Part shown: positions 40,961 through 51,297 of the stretch, piece after piece | Numbering within the stretch: the first letter of the stretch is position 1 | How the letters are laid out: the number at the start of each line of letters is the position of its first letter | Assembly (NCBI GenBank): GCA_024278935.1 | Contig: JAJRSF010000051.1 | Location: 1,963-65,962, forward strand | Origin: Candidatus Zixiibacteriota bacterium | Lineage (GTDB): Bacteria; Zixibacteria; MSB-5A5; GN15; FEB-12 | Length of the DNA: 64,000 bases | Reading direction: 5' to 3' | Translations under genes and position numbers: made by a program | The notes under the pieces: model-generated | Database searches by the model: none | Told to the model about the DNA's origin: nothing | The model's input: the letters and a program-made list of their open reading frames with translations, nothing else

Positions 40961-41029
40961 TATAATTTTAACAATTGGTATATGTAACTGAACCCATTTC
41001 AAGTATTAATAATTCAGCCTTCAGGCTGT

Positions 41030-41770
41030 TTATTTATTGCCAAATTTTGTAAATGGTATCAAACTCGGAACTCTTTTTGAATATTCGGTATAGACATCAC
41101 CATAATAATCTCTTAAATCTTTTTCCTCAAAGACAAGAGTGCCTATAAAAATATATCCCGTTGTCATTCCTGCAAATAATAGATGCCCATAGGTCATAAC
41201 AGGTGTCGCCCAAAACGAAATTATAAATCCAAGCATAATAGGATGTCTGACAAATTTATAATATCCTTTATCGGTAAACGGCGGTGGCGTGAATTCTTTT
41301 TTCTGTAGGAACCGAGTAATTTGAGCTAAACCAAAAAGTTCAAAATGGTTTATCAAAAATGTCGATGTAAAGACAATCGCCCAACCAATCCAAAAGAGAA
41401 CTGTGACAATCATCCCCCCGGTAGTTCCTTCAAGGTTCCAGACAAGTTCTGTCATTGGTTGCCATTTCCAAAACATCAGAAGCAGAATGAGTGAAGTAAC
41501 AAGTACAAACGTCGACCGTTCAGCAGCCTCGGGAATAATTTTTGTCCACGCTTTTTTAAAATTCGGGCGTGCCATAATAGTATGTTGAATAGCAAACAGG
41601 CTCAACAATCCTAAGTTAATCAGAAGTGCTGTAGCAAGAGGAACTTCGACCCCCATATTAATTGATTTTGGAACGAGCAAGTTGCCAACAAAACCTATCG
41701 CATACAGAAATGCGATTAAAAAAGCGACATAACTAATCAATCCATACACAAACACAATGATACGTTTCAT
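41030..41770 (-). CDS. mddA: Methanethiol S-methyltransferase (ICMT/NnrU-like family)
   Basis: YAIGFVGNLLVPKSI, FAIQHTIMARP, AAERSTFV, INHFELFGL, VRHPIMLGF..FWATP, EEKDL. Confidence 0.82.
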   Translation of the reverse strand: MKRIIVFVYGLISYVAFLIAFLYAIGFVGNLLVPKSINMGVEVPLATALLINLGLLSLFAIQHTIMARPNFKKAWTKIIPEAAERSTFVLVTSLILLLMFWKWQPMTELVWNLEGTTGGMIVTVLFWIGWAIVFTSTFLINHFELFGLAQITRFLQKKEFTPPPFTDKGYYKFVRHPIMLGFIISFWATPVMTYGHLLFAGMTTGYIFIGTLVFEEKDLRDYYGDVYTEYSKRVPSLIPFTKFGNK

Positions 41771-41898
41771 ACATACCTCATAATTATAGGTTAAGTACTG
41801 TATTTTGCTTATCTTGGATAACGTTGATTGTTTTAGTCTATGTTATATGTGGAAACTTGTCAAGTAATTAAATATATGCAAATATGAACCAGTAATGA

Positions 41899-44800
41899 CT
41901 ATTCGTAGCTGTTCCAACTATCAATTTTGAGATCATCAATCGTATACTTGTCCATTGCCTCGGCTAAACGCTGGGCAAGCTGTACGTTTGTCAGAAGTGG
42001 TATGCCAAAATCAACAGCCGTGCGACGAATCATATAATCGTTGGTCAGCTCTTCTTCGTTGAAATCTTTTGGAATATTGATAACTAAATCAATTGCTCGA
42101 GATTTAAGCAACTCAATCGCATTGGGAGATTTTTTCTCAAGAGGCCAGTATACCAACTCGGCATCTATACCCTCTTGTTTGAGAACTTCAGCTGTGCCAC
42201 CGGTGGCGTAAAACTTTATACCTTGCTTTGCCATCAGATGCACCCCTGTTTTACAAGCAGCTTTTGATTCGATTGGTCCCGATGATAACAGCACAGATTT
42301 TATAGGTAGTTTGAATCCAACACAAATCAGAGCTTTCAAAAATGCTTCTTCAAAGTCAGCACCTAAACAGGCAACCTCTCCGGTTGATGCCATCTCTACT
42401 CCAAGTGTTGGATCGGCACCTTCTAGTCGACTAAAAGAAAACTGCGGTGCTTTGACTCCAACATAGTCTAAATCGAAAACTGATTTATCAATTTCAGGGA
42501 AAGGTCTCCCCATGATAACACGGGTAGCGATGTCGATAAAATTTTTCTTTAAAACTGTTGAGACAAACGGGAATGAACGTGATGCCCGCAAGTTGCATTC
42601 GATAACCATCACTTCATTATTGAGAGCGATAAATTGTATATTCATAGGACCGTTGATTGCCATCTCTTTTGCAATTGTCGATGTAATCGTTCGGATACGT
42701 CGCATAGTTTCAAGATAGGTTCTCTGCGGAGGAAGCACCAAAGTTGCATCGCCTGAATGCACGCCTGCATTCTCAACATGTTCCGAAACAGCGTAACAAA
42801 CAAGTTCGCCATCACGAGCGACAGCATCGATATCTATCTCTTTGGCATTCTCAATAAATTTGCTGATAACAACAGGATGGTTGGGTGAAATATCAACAGC
42901 CTTTTTTAAGTAACCCTCAAGCTCTGTATTATTCCCAGCCACAGCCATCGCTGCCCCCGAAAGAACATAAGACGGTCTGATAATAACCGGAAAGCCGACA
43001 CGTTTGGCGAAAGCAAAAGTTTCATCAAGCGATGTAAGTTCTTTCCATTCCGGTTGTGGGATATTTATTTTTCCTAGGAGCGATGAAAAGATATGACGGT
43101 TCTCTGCTCGGTCAATGTCTCTCGGCGAGGTTCCCAATACTCGCATACCTGCTTCTTTACAAGGCATAGCAAGTTTGTTTGGAATCTGACCGCCCATTGC
43201 CAAAAGGAGTCCCATCGGTTGTTCCAATTCATAAATATCGGCAACCGTTTCAAATGAAAGTTCTTCGAAAAAGAGACGGTCGCATTCATCGTAGTCAGTA
43301 CTGACAGTTTCAGGATTATGGTTGACCATCAGAGTACGGTAGCCAAGTTCCCGAAGAGTTCTTGCGGCATTAACACAACACCAATCAAACTCAACCGATG
43401 AACCAATACGATAAGCACCGGGACCTAAAATAAGTACATTGCCTTCCTGACCAAAATCAACATCATCTTCCGAACCGTTATAAGTAAGATACAAATAATT
43501 TGTAGCGGCAGGATATTCAGCGGCAAGGGTATCTATCTGTTTCACAAATGGTCTGAGCTTAAGCTCTTTTCGTTTACCGCGTATATCTTTTTCAGTGACT
43601 TCTAGAGCTTTTGAAATTTGTTTATCGGAGAAACCATATTTTTTTGCTTTGAGAAGTAACTCTTCAGAAATAGTTTCAAGCGTTGTATGGCATAGTTCTT
43701 TTTCTATCTCTACTAAATTAGCAATTTTTTCGATAAACCATTTAGTGATATGGGTAATTTCATTTATTTCATCAATAGAAATACCGGCTTTGATTGCCTC
43801 AGCTATAGCAAAGATCCGTCGTTCAGTTGGTTCGGCTAAAGATTTTTTAATATCAGCAAACCGAAATCCTTTGTTAAGCAAAACACCATCGGCACCGGTC
43901 TCCAGCATACGTAATGCTTTTTGGAGAGCTTCTTCAAACTTACGACCGATAGACATAACCTCGCCAACAGATTTCATAGCAGAACCTATTCGTTCGGAAA
44001 CACCACGGAACTTTTTGAGGTCCCACCTTGGTGCTTTAACGACAATGTAATCTAGTGAAGGTTCAAAACATGCCATCGTCACTTGAGTGACAGAGTTTTT
44101 TATTTCGGTAAGGTTTTTTACAAGAGCCAGTTTTGTTGCGACAAAGGCAAGCGGATAGCCGGTTGCTTTTGAAGCAAGAGCAGATGACCTAGAGAGTCGA
44201 GCATTAACTTCGATTACCCGATAGTCCGATGATTTGGGCGAGAAGGCATATTGAATATTGCACTCTCCGACAATTTCTAAATGCCTGACAACTTTGATTG
44301 CAATCTCACGAAGCAGATGATACTCATGGTCGTTGAGAGTTTGTGATGGAGCGACAACAATAGACTCACCGGTATGAATACCCATCGGGTCTAAGTTTTC
44401 CATGTTACAAACAGTCACACAATTATCAGCGTTGTCTCGGACAACTTCGTATTCGATCTCTTTCCAACCGGTCAGGTATTCTTCAATTAAAATTTGATTG
44501 GTATGAGCAAATGCTCGTTCTGCAGAATTTCTGAGTTCATCCTCGTTACGACAAATCCCTGAACCGAGACCACCGAGTGCAAAAGCAATTCGAACCATAA
44601 CCGGGTACTCAATTTCGGCACCAACTTTGAGGGCTTCTTCAACATTCGTTGCGGTGAGTCCTCGCGCTGTTTTTATGCCGATTTCATCGAGACGTTTTAC
44701 AAATCGTTCTCTGTCTTCGGTGTCTAAAACTGATTCAATTGGAGCGCCTAGAATTTGTATATTATATTTTTCAAAGATTCCTTGTTTGTATAACTCTACC

Positions 44801-45102
44801 CCACAGTTGAGTGCAGTTTGTCCGCCAAAGCCAAGCATGATAGAATCGGGACGTTCTTTTTGGATGACTCTTTCAACAAACTTTGGAGTGACCGGAGTAA
44901 AATAAACTTCATCGGCAAAATTTTCAGATGTTTGTATAGTCGCAACATTCGGGTTGATTAGAATCGTGCGGATGCCTTCTTCCTTGAGTGCTTTGATAGC
45001 TTGGGAACCTGAATAATCAAACTCGCCTGCTTCACCGATTTTGAGAGCGGAAGAACCTAATACTAAAACAGTTTGTGGTTGACGAAAATTCTTGTTGTTC
45101 AT
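41899..45102 (-). CDS. carB: Carbamoyl-phosphate synthase large subunit
   Basis: GEFDYSG, duplicated ATP-grasp, NHNPETVSTDYD, C-terminal MGS domain. Confidence 0.97.
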   Translation of the reverse strand: MNNKNFRQPQTVLVLGSSALKIGEAGEFDYSGSQAIKALKEEGIRTILINPNVATIQTSENFADEVYFTPVTPKFVERVIQKERPDSIMLGFGGQTALNCGVELYKQGIFEKYNIQILGAPIESVLDTEDRERFVKRLDEIGIKTARGLTATNVEEALKVGAEIEYPVMVRIAFALGGLGSGICRNEDELRNSAERAFAHTNQILIEEYLTGWKEIEYEVVRDNADNCVTVCNMENLDPMGIHTGESIVVAPSQTLNDHEYHLLREIAIKVVRHLEIVGECNIQYAFSPKSSDYRVIEVNARLSRSSALASKATGYPLAFVATKLALVKNLTEIKNSVTQVTMACFEPSLDYIVVKAPRWDLKKFRGVSERIGSAMKSVGEVMSIGRKFEEALQKALRMLETGADGVLLNKGFRFADIKKSLAEPTERRIFAIAEAIKAGISIDEINEITHITKWFIEKIANLVEIEKELCHTTLETISEELLLKAKKYGFSDKQISKALEVTEKDIRGKRKELKLRPFVKQIDTLAAEYPAATNYLYLTYNGSEDDVDFGQEGNVLILGPGAYRIGSSVEFDWCCVNAARTLRELGYRTLMVNHNPETVSTDYDECDRLFFEELSFETVADIYELEQPMGLLLAMGGQIPNKLAMPCKEAGMRVLGTSPRDIDRAENRHIFSSLLGKINIPQPEWKELTSLDETFAFAKRVGFPVIIRPSYVLSGAAMAVAGNNTELEGYLKKAVDISPNHPVVISKFIENAKEIDIDAVARDGELVCYAVSEHVENAGVHSGDATLVLPPQRTYLETMRRIRTITSTIAKEMAINGPMNIQFIALNNEVMVIECNLRASRSFPFVSTVLKKNFIDIATRVIMGRPFPEIDKSVFDLDYVGVKAPQFSFSRLEGADPTLGVEMASTGEVACLGADFEEAFLKALICVGFKLPIKSVLLSSGPIESKAACKTGVHLMAKQGIKFYATGGTAEVLKQEGIDAELVYWPLEKKSPNAIELLKSRAIDLVINIPKDFNEEELTNDYMIRRTAVDFGIPLLTNVQLAQRLAEAMDKYTIDDLKIDSWNSYE

Positions 45103-46208
45103 TTTTTCACCTGCTTTGCAAACAAATCAAAGAGCCTTGCTGTGTCTACTGGACCCGGGGTTGCTTCGGGATGAAACTGTACTGATGAGAATGGTTTTGT
45201 TTTGTGACGGATCCCCTCGACGGTTCCATCGTTGCCATTTTTAAACCAGATTTCCCAATCGGATGGTAGCCCATCTTCTCGAACAGCGTAGCCATGGTTC
45301 TGCGATGTTATCACGCAACGATTATACACAGCAGATTTGCCATTGGCAGATTGGGTAAGTTCTAGACATGGTTGGTTGTGCGAGCGATGTCCGAATTTGA
45401 GTTTGTATGTTTCAGCTCCGATTGCCTGGGCTAAAATTTGATGACCTAAGCAGATTCCAAAAATTGGTTTCCCGACAGCAAGCGAACGTTCGACATTGCG
45501 AATAGTTGTCTCATACATTTTTGGATCACCGGGTCCGTTTGAGATAAGGATACCATCAAAATCAAGATTCATAAAATAATAATCATAGGGGACCTTGGTA
45601 ACATTGAGACCACGTTTGAGGAGCGAACGGATAATATTAACTTTACATCCTGAATCTATAAGCAGAACGGTCGGAGCATCGTTTGGCTCTTTACATTTAT
45701 ATTCAATTATTTCTTTGCAGGAAACCACCGCACCCAAATCAATTGTGTTCGGGTCATGAAATTGTATCGGTTGGTTTTCAAACTGAATTTTTCCGAGCAT
45801 GCTTCCTTTGAGGCGCAATTTTTTTGTCAATGCTCTCGTGTCAATATCATAGAGAGCTGGGATGTTTTCAGATTTAAGCCATGCACTTAAAGACTGTACC
45901 GCCGATGGATGAGAGTATTTGGCAGAGTAATCTGAAACTATTAAACCTGTGATATGAATTTTTTCAGACTCAAAGCTAGTAGGAAGTCCGAGGTCATCAT
46001 TTAAAAATGCCGGGACGCCATAGTTGCCAATGAGTGGATATGTTAAAACGAGAATTTGTCCGGTGTATGATGGGTCGGTCAGTGTTTCGGTGTAGCCGAC
46101 CATGCCGGTATTAAAGACAACTTCACCCGATGCCGATTTTTCAGCACCAAAGCTTTCGCCGCAAAAAAGGGTGTTATCTTCTAATTCGAGATATGGTTTT
46201 TGTGACAA
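45099..46208 (-). CDS. carA: Carbamoyl-phosphate synthase small subunit
   Basis: GEVVFNTGMVGY, SNGPGDP, GICLGHQ, QFHPEA. Confidence 0.97.
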   Translation of the reverse strand: MSQKPYLELEDNTLFCGESFGAEKSASGEVVFNTGMVGYTETLTDPSYTGQILVLTYPLIGNYGVPAFLNDDLGLPTSFESEKIHITGLIVSDYSAKYSHPSAVQSLSAWLKSENIPALYDIDTRALTKKLRLKGSMLGKIQFENQPIQFHDPNTIDLGAVVSCKEIIEYKCKEPNDAPTVLLIDSGCKVNIIRSLLKRGLNVTKVPYDYYFMNLDFDGILISNGPGDPKMYETTIRNVERSLAVGKPIFGICLGHQILAQAIGAETYKLKFGHRSHNQPCLELTQSANGKSAVYNRCVITSQNHGYAVREDGLPSDWEIWFKNGNDGTVEGIRHKTKPFSSVQFHPEATPGPVDTARLFDLFAKQVKK

Positions 46209-46353
46209 AAAAAAATCCTTTACATTTTTGTTTTGTATAGAAACTCTTTTTTTGGCTAAGTTTTGTTTTGAATGCTATTGGTCGTGCGATGTTCATTTAC
46301 CAAGCCTGACTAATTTACATCAAGGAGTTCAGCCTGACAAGCGATTTCTGAAT

Positions 46354-46875
46354 TTAGGCAGAACTTTCTGCATATGCTGTCACACACTTTATAAAATCTT
46401 TAAAATGAGAAGCATCTCTTAGTGAAAGTTCATCAATAATTGGAAGTTCGGGTAATTCTTTTCGCACAGTAGCAGCAAATAAGCCGTCAGCTTTTTCTGA
46501 GACAAGGGTTTCGCCATCGTAAACTTTTGTAGAGTGAAGCCCGCAAGATGGTGACTTTGATTTTAAAATAAGCCCTGCGAGAGATTTGAAATCATCTTGA
46601 CAGATTCGTCGTTTGCTGAACTCTCGCATTTCGTCAGTCCAGTCTTTGTGCGACTCTTCGGCTATCATTTTCAAACTATCTAAAGAGCCGACAAGGTTCA
46701 GCCGTTCGCGAGGAATCGGCATACCGATTTCTACTTCGGGACAGATTGGAAGAAGAGTCGCTACTATTTCAAGTTTTGCTATCAGCGAATTTTCTCTTTT
46801 ACTTTTGCCGTCATAGCGAACTTTTTCCCCTAAAAGACATGATGAGATACCGATTATAAGTTTTTTCGTTTTCAT
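46354..46875 (-). CDS. DUF523 / 2-thiouracil desulfidase (TudS)-family FeS protein
   Basis: SSCLLGEKVRYDG, ICPEVEIGM..PRE, KSKSPSCG. Confidence 0.85.
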   Translation of the reverse strand: MKTKKLIIGISSCLLGEKVRYDGKSKRENSLIAKLEIVATLLPICPEVEIGMPIPRERLNLVGSLDSLKMIAEESHKDWTDEMREFSKRRICQDDFKSLAGLILKSKSPSCGLHSTKVYDGETLVSEKADGLFAATVRKELPELPIIDELSLRDASHFKDFIKCVTAYAESSA

Positions 46876-47038
46876 CTAAATCAATAATACATCCCTTTAA
46901 GTTTTATTAAAAGCAGAATCTTACCGCACTTGAATAAGTCATGACTAACTAAGAATACGCACTATTTTTGTGCGTAATAGTTGGGAGGGGAAATAGTACT
47001 TCTTCCATTATCACCTATCAATCAACAGCTTACATTGT

Positions 47039-47055
47039 TTGGCACAGAGCTTGCA
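47039..47055 (+). promoter_or_regulatory. Sigma54 (-24/-12) promoter
   Basis: TTGGCACAGAGCTTGCA, near-perfect consensus, about 46 bp before the next gene. Confidence 0.85.
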
Positions 47056-47101
47056 ATAGAGATAAGTAAGTAACGGAAAAATTATAATTCAAGGAGTTAT
47101 C

Positions 47102-47794
47102 ATGAAACAGTTATTCACTTCTCTATTTCTACTCACATTGCTCTTCGCAGTCGAGACTGCAAATGCAGGGCATTTTAATTTGGCACAAAAGTCGATGCTT
47201 GAGTTCACATTGTCTGCCCGCGATTATAGCAGTAATCTCAATGAGGTAGATTTTTCAAATCGTGATTCTTTTGACAATACGAAATTCTCAATCGGTATCA
47301 ATCATTGGACAACCGAAAATTCGGCGATGACATTTTCGATCTCAGCACTCGATGTTACCGATCAAGCATATTTTAACGACTACGGTATCGACGGAACCGA
47401 GAGTACAATAATCCCTATCTTTTTTGGAACTCGGATTTATATGAACGACAGGAATGGCGTCATGCCGGTGAAACCATATATCGCATTGTCGGGCGGTCCG
47501 ATTTTAGGCGTGAACAATTATAAAGATTTTGGTTATATTGTTTATTTTGAAGATGACGTCTACCTCACCGTTGGTGGCTATGTAGGCGGTGGTATTGATT
47601 TTATGTTTGGTAAACGAACAACAATCGGTATGCAGGGTGGATATAATTTCTATGCTGATTTTGATGAATACATTGGTGATCGGAAAAATTTCTCCGGTGC
47701 CGAAATTGGGATCTCACTCGGTTTCTTGTTTGGACATGATTACGATAACAATCAGAGAAAGAAAAAATCTAAAAAACGAGTTAGAAAGTTTTAG
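47102..47794 (+). CDS. Small outer-membrane beta-barrel protein (OmpW/OMP_b-brl-like) with basic tail
   Basis: AAGGAG RBS, signal peptide ending ANA, KPYIALSGG and GGYVGGGIDF strands. Confidence 0.65.
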   Translation: MKQLFTSLFLLTLLFAVETANAGHFNLAQKSMLEFTLSARDYSSNLNEVDFSNRDSFDNTKFSIGINHWTTENSAMTFSISALDVTDQAYFNDYGIDGTESTIIPIFFGTRIYMNDRNGVMPVKPYIALSGGPILGVNNYKDFGYIVYFEDDVYLTVGGYVGGGIDFMFGKRTTIGMQGGYNFYADFDEYIGDRKNFSGAEIGISLGFLFGHDYDNNQRKKKSKKRVRKF

Positions 47795-47825
47795 ATTTTA
47801 AAATTTTCTAACCTTTATCATAGAT

Positions 47826-47858
47826 AAAAAGGATGTATCGAGCCGGTGCATCCTTTTC
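47826..47858. terminator. Bidirectional terminator
   Basis: AAAAGGATGTATCG/CGGTGCATCCTTTT. Confidence 0.7.
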
Positions 47859-47859
47859 T

Positions 47860-48468
47860 TTATTTTCTGAATGATTTATAAGAGATAAACATCGGTACTT
47901 TCTTTTGATACTTGCGGTAAGTATTTCCAAACTCGGCGACCAGTTTTTTTTCTTCTAGTATCGTGCCAACGATAACATACAAAGTAAAAACTGAATTCAT
48001 AATCATTCTCGACATATCTAAAGTATAAAAACCTGACCATAGAATAAGAATAATTCCCAGATACCAGGGGTGTCGTGTGTATTGCAGTATGCCCGATTGG
48101 TTAAACTCACCCGACTTGCCTATCCCCCCGGATAAATCCGAATCAGAGAGTTGGGTTATACCAAGGAACTGTTTGATGTCATAGTTTTTGGTTCCCACAA
48201 CAAAAAGCAAAATTGATATGATAAAAATTAACAGTTGTAAAATTAACAGGTACCCATCAGGTTTGTATAAAAGTTCTTTTGGAAGCGTAGATGCATACCG
48301 AGAGATTGCTATAAAAGTTGCAAGAGCAAAAACATTATAGAACAGTCGGAAATATTTGTAACTACTGAGCAGTTTTCTCTTCAAGAAGTCTGTCACCAAT
48401 GGTGTTATTAAGAGAGAATGGAAAAAACACCAGAGAACCCATAGCAATGTAAGATAATAATATTTCAC
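47860..48468 (-). CDS. ICMT/NnrU-family membrane methyltransferase (MddA paralogue)
   Basis: HSLL, RLFYN, TRHPWYLG, EEKKLVAEFG..Y..YQKKVPM. Confidence 0.75.
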   Translation of the reverse strand: MKYYYLTLLWVLWCFFHSLLITPLVTDFLKRKLLSSYKYFRLFYNVFALATFIAISRYASTLPKELLYKPDGYLLILQLLIFIISILLFVVGTKNYDIKQFLGITQLSDSDLSGGIGKSGEFNQSGILQYTRHPWYLGIILILWSGFYTLDMSRMIMNSVFTLYVIVGTILEEKKLVAEFGNTYRKYQKKVPMFISYKSFRK

Positions 48469-48560
48469 GATGTCGTTTTATCTTTCAGGTTTAAGAATTC
48501 GCATAAAAGAAAGTATACGTAACAAGGTATAAATTTTTGAATAAATAAAAAACTCTCACA

Positions 48561-49241
48561 TTATATTTTTATTCGGGCAATCCATCTCAGAAGTAAAACA
48601 ACCCACGCCATCAACCGAGGTCTTGAATATCGAATCGGTTTTTTCTCTATACAATATAAAATATGATCGACTGCTTTGCCGACAGTCATCATCATTGGAA
48701 GTTTCTCCCCTTTTGCCATTTTAGATTCTACAAACCCAAACCGAACGTTAGTAATAGAAACGTTCTCTTTTTTCATAGCAAGTGCCAGACCCTCGACATA
48801 CGATGACAAACCTGCCTTTGACGCGGAGTAACTTGGCGACTCTTCTGAAACTAATTCATCGGCAATCGACGAAAGAACGATAATATGCCCGCTTTTCTTT
48901 TTGACAAGAAGCGGGAGAACTAGTTCGATAGTTTTAACAGCACCCATGAGATTTACATCGAAAACTTTTTGTTCGTATGCGATAGTTTCTATATTAAATT
49001 CTTCGCCAATGCCTGCACAATAGACAATTAAACCGGGTGTATCTTCAAGCGTTGACCGAAGTTTTGACATATAGTCATCGGCTGTTACATCAACAACCAG
49101 ATGACGATACTTATCATCTGCAATTGCAGAAGCACTTTTAGATAATCCGATAACAGACCAATCTAGTTCAAGTAACTTTTTTGTCAGAGCTAACCCGATC
49201 CCGTCGGAGTTGCCTATGATAAGTGCTGATCTGTTTAGCAT
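48561..49241 (-). CDS. Short-chain dehydrogenase/reductase
   Basis: GNSDGIG, YSASKA. Confidence 0.88.
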   Translation of the reverse strand: MLNRSALIIGNSDGIGLALTKKLLELDWSVIGLSKSASAIADDKYRHLVVDVTADDYMSKLRSTLEDTPGLIVYCAGIGEEFNIETIAYEQKVFDVNLMGAVKTIELVLPLLVKKKSGHIIVLSSIADELVSEESPSYSASKAGLSSYVEGLALAMKKENVSITNVRFGFVESKMAKGEKLPMMMTVGKAVDHILYCIEKKPIRYSRPRLMAWVVLLLRWIARIKI

Positions 49242-49262
49242 AAATATCTTTCGTTTATAAAA

Positions 49263-49597
49263 TTAGCAGGGGCGGATTACTTTGTCGGCGTTTGCCATAA
49301 TGCCAACAGTCATATCCATCGTGCCTACTTGTCCTATCAAAAGTTTATCTCTGAGGTTTAAGTGATCCAAACAGGTTCCGCAACTTGCAATCTGGGCACC
49401 TTTTCTTCCATCGCTTTTAAACTTTCTATTACATCACTTCCTTCAGTCGTGAGACTAACGACAGAATTTACAAACCCGATAACATCTATTTGTACATCAG
49501 ACTTTGCCATTTCAGATAAAAATGATTTGAGAAGTTTTTTGCCGAGGACAGGGTCACCAGAACCCATTTGGTCAGAATTGATATATAAAAATGTCAT
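49263..49597 (-). CDS. DsrE/YedF-like sulfurtransferase-family protein (about 111 aa; one-base frameshift at 49401-49404)
   Basis: MGSGDPVLGKKLLKSF; adding one A gives EEKGAQIASCGTCLDH...VGTM...ADKVIRPC*. Confidence 0.78.
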
Positions 49598-49687
49598 AAA
49601 CAGTCCTTTATAATAGATTTCAAGTAATGTAATTAGATAGATTAAATAAGCAAGAAAGGAATATATTATTTTACAATAGATATTAAA

Positions 49688-51028
49688 TTATGACCCCATG
49701 CGATGCTTAGGCAGTTGTCCATTTCTAATTTGCTCGAGGTAGATTGCGATATTTTGGACACCTTCGATAATGAGCGGACAATTTTTTTCTACAAAAGCAT
49801 CTCTTTCTGCTTGCGAAGATGGTCTCTTTTCTATCCATTTTTCATATATCTGTTGACCATCAAAATCTACAAAGCTACACCGAACCGAAAAATTGTTTTC
49901 ATCCAAAAGCAGACTGTCGCCCGGCAAGAGAGCGGTATGTTCAACGGCAATTAGGTTTTCACAAAAGTCATTACAGCTTTTGATACCAAGTTTTCTAAAA
50001 TTATCTTTGTAATCATTCAAATTAACAAAGAGATAAAACCCACCACACGGTGTAGTTGTTTGCACTCCCGGAATTTCAGACATCAACGATGCCATCTTGC
50101 TACCGACCGCACTTACAATCTCACGACAGTCTTGCATGTAGGTATCTATATTCGAGTTCTCGGCATAGGCAGTTATCGCCGCATGCTGAATCGGAGCAGC
50201 GACGCATGAGTAGGTAGAACCTGCAACTTTTAAGATTGCATCTATTAGCTCATGAGAATCTTTTGGGAAAATTGAGACTCCCAGGCGATAGCCACCGCAT
50301 GAACGATCTTTGGAAAGTCCTCCGGTAACTATAGTTCCTTCGGGATAAATCGTTGCCATACTGACAAATTGTTTTATATCAAGAGTTGTTAAGGCATATA
50401 TTTCATCGGAGATAATTATAATATTTTGTTTTTTGCATACATCAGCAATCTCTGTTAATTCCTCTACCGTATAGATACATCCTGTTGGATTGTTCGGATG
50501 ATTTAGTATAAGAATTTTTTGTTTATCTGTGTTGTCTGAAGTCGCATGTAACAGTTGCTCGGCTGTCAGTTTATAATTGTTCTCAGCAGATGTCATGATT
50601 TTTAGAATATTTTTTTTCAGAATTTTTGCCTGCGGAAGATAACTTACCCAAGCAGGTACCGGGATGATAACATCGCCCTCCAAGACAGCTAGAATAATCG
50701 AAATAATTTCTTTACTCCCCGGGCTTACAACTACCTGAGAACTGTGACAGTCAAAATGAAACTGGCGTTGGTAAAAATTTGCTATTTGCTCACGGAGTTC
50801 CACAAGCCCTGCGGTTGGAAGATAGGAATGTTGGTCGGCATTTTCTTTGAGCGATTCTACAATCAAGGGATGCGGCGAGAATGGTGATTGTCCAAAAGCA
50901 AAATGATGATATGGACGAAGACATTTATGGCTACGACAATACTCTCGGAGTTGTTTAATCTGATCATTGATTTTTAAATTCGCAGGTGATGAAATTCTAT
51001 TTAAATGTTCTTCAATTTTTATATACAT
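49688..51028 (-). CDS. PLP-dependent class I/II aminotransferase
   Basis: NHPNNPTG, ISDEIY, GGLSKDRSCGGYRLG. Confidence 0.88.
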   Translation of the reverse strand: MYIKIEEHLNRISSPANLKINDQIKQLREYCRSHKCLRPYHHFAFGQSPFSPHPLIVESLKENADQHSYLPTAGLVELREQIANFYQRQFHFDCHSSQVVVSPGSKEIISIILAVLEGDVIIPVPAWVSYLPQAKILKKNILKIMTSAENNYKLTAEQLLHATSDNTDKQKILILNHPNNPTGCIYTVEELTEIADVCKKQNIIIISDEIYALTTLDIKQFVSMATIYPEGTIVTGGLSKDRSCGGYRLGVSIFPKDSHELIDAILKVAGSTYSCVAAPIQHAAITAYAENSNIDTYMQDCREIVSAVGSKMASLMSEIPGVQTTTPCGGFYLFVNLNDYKDNFRKLGIKSCNDFCENLIAVEHTALLPGDSLLLDENNFSVRCSFVDFDGQQIYEKWIEKRPSSQAERDAFVEKNCPLIIEGVQNIAIYLEQIRNGQLPKHRMGS

Positions 51029-51297
51029 ACAGATTATCCATTACTAGAATTATTTTTGCGTTTTGTATACCTTGTGTAACATAGAATATTTAAAATTGTT
51101 CAAATAATTATAAATAACTGATTTTCAACGTTCTCATGCTATAAAAACAGACAGCTATTTTTTGAGAAAACTTATTGCAACAACGACTAAGTCAACCTAT
51201 ATTATCCTAAATTAAACAAAAATCTAATGCTTTTAAGCTAAAAATTTTCTATTAAATAGCAGAAGGCAAAAACTATTCTATCACTGGAGGTTTCAGA

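Noticed and set aside
46174-46296. 40-codon upstream ORF overlapping the carA start as a leader peptide
   Set aside because: No clear RBS, no Arg-rich or attenuator signature; expected by chance
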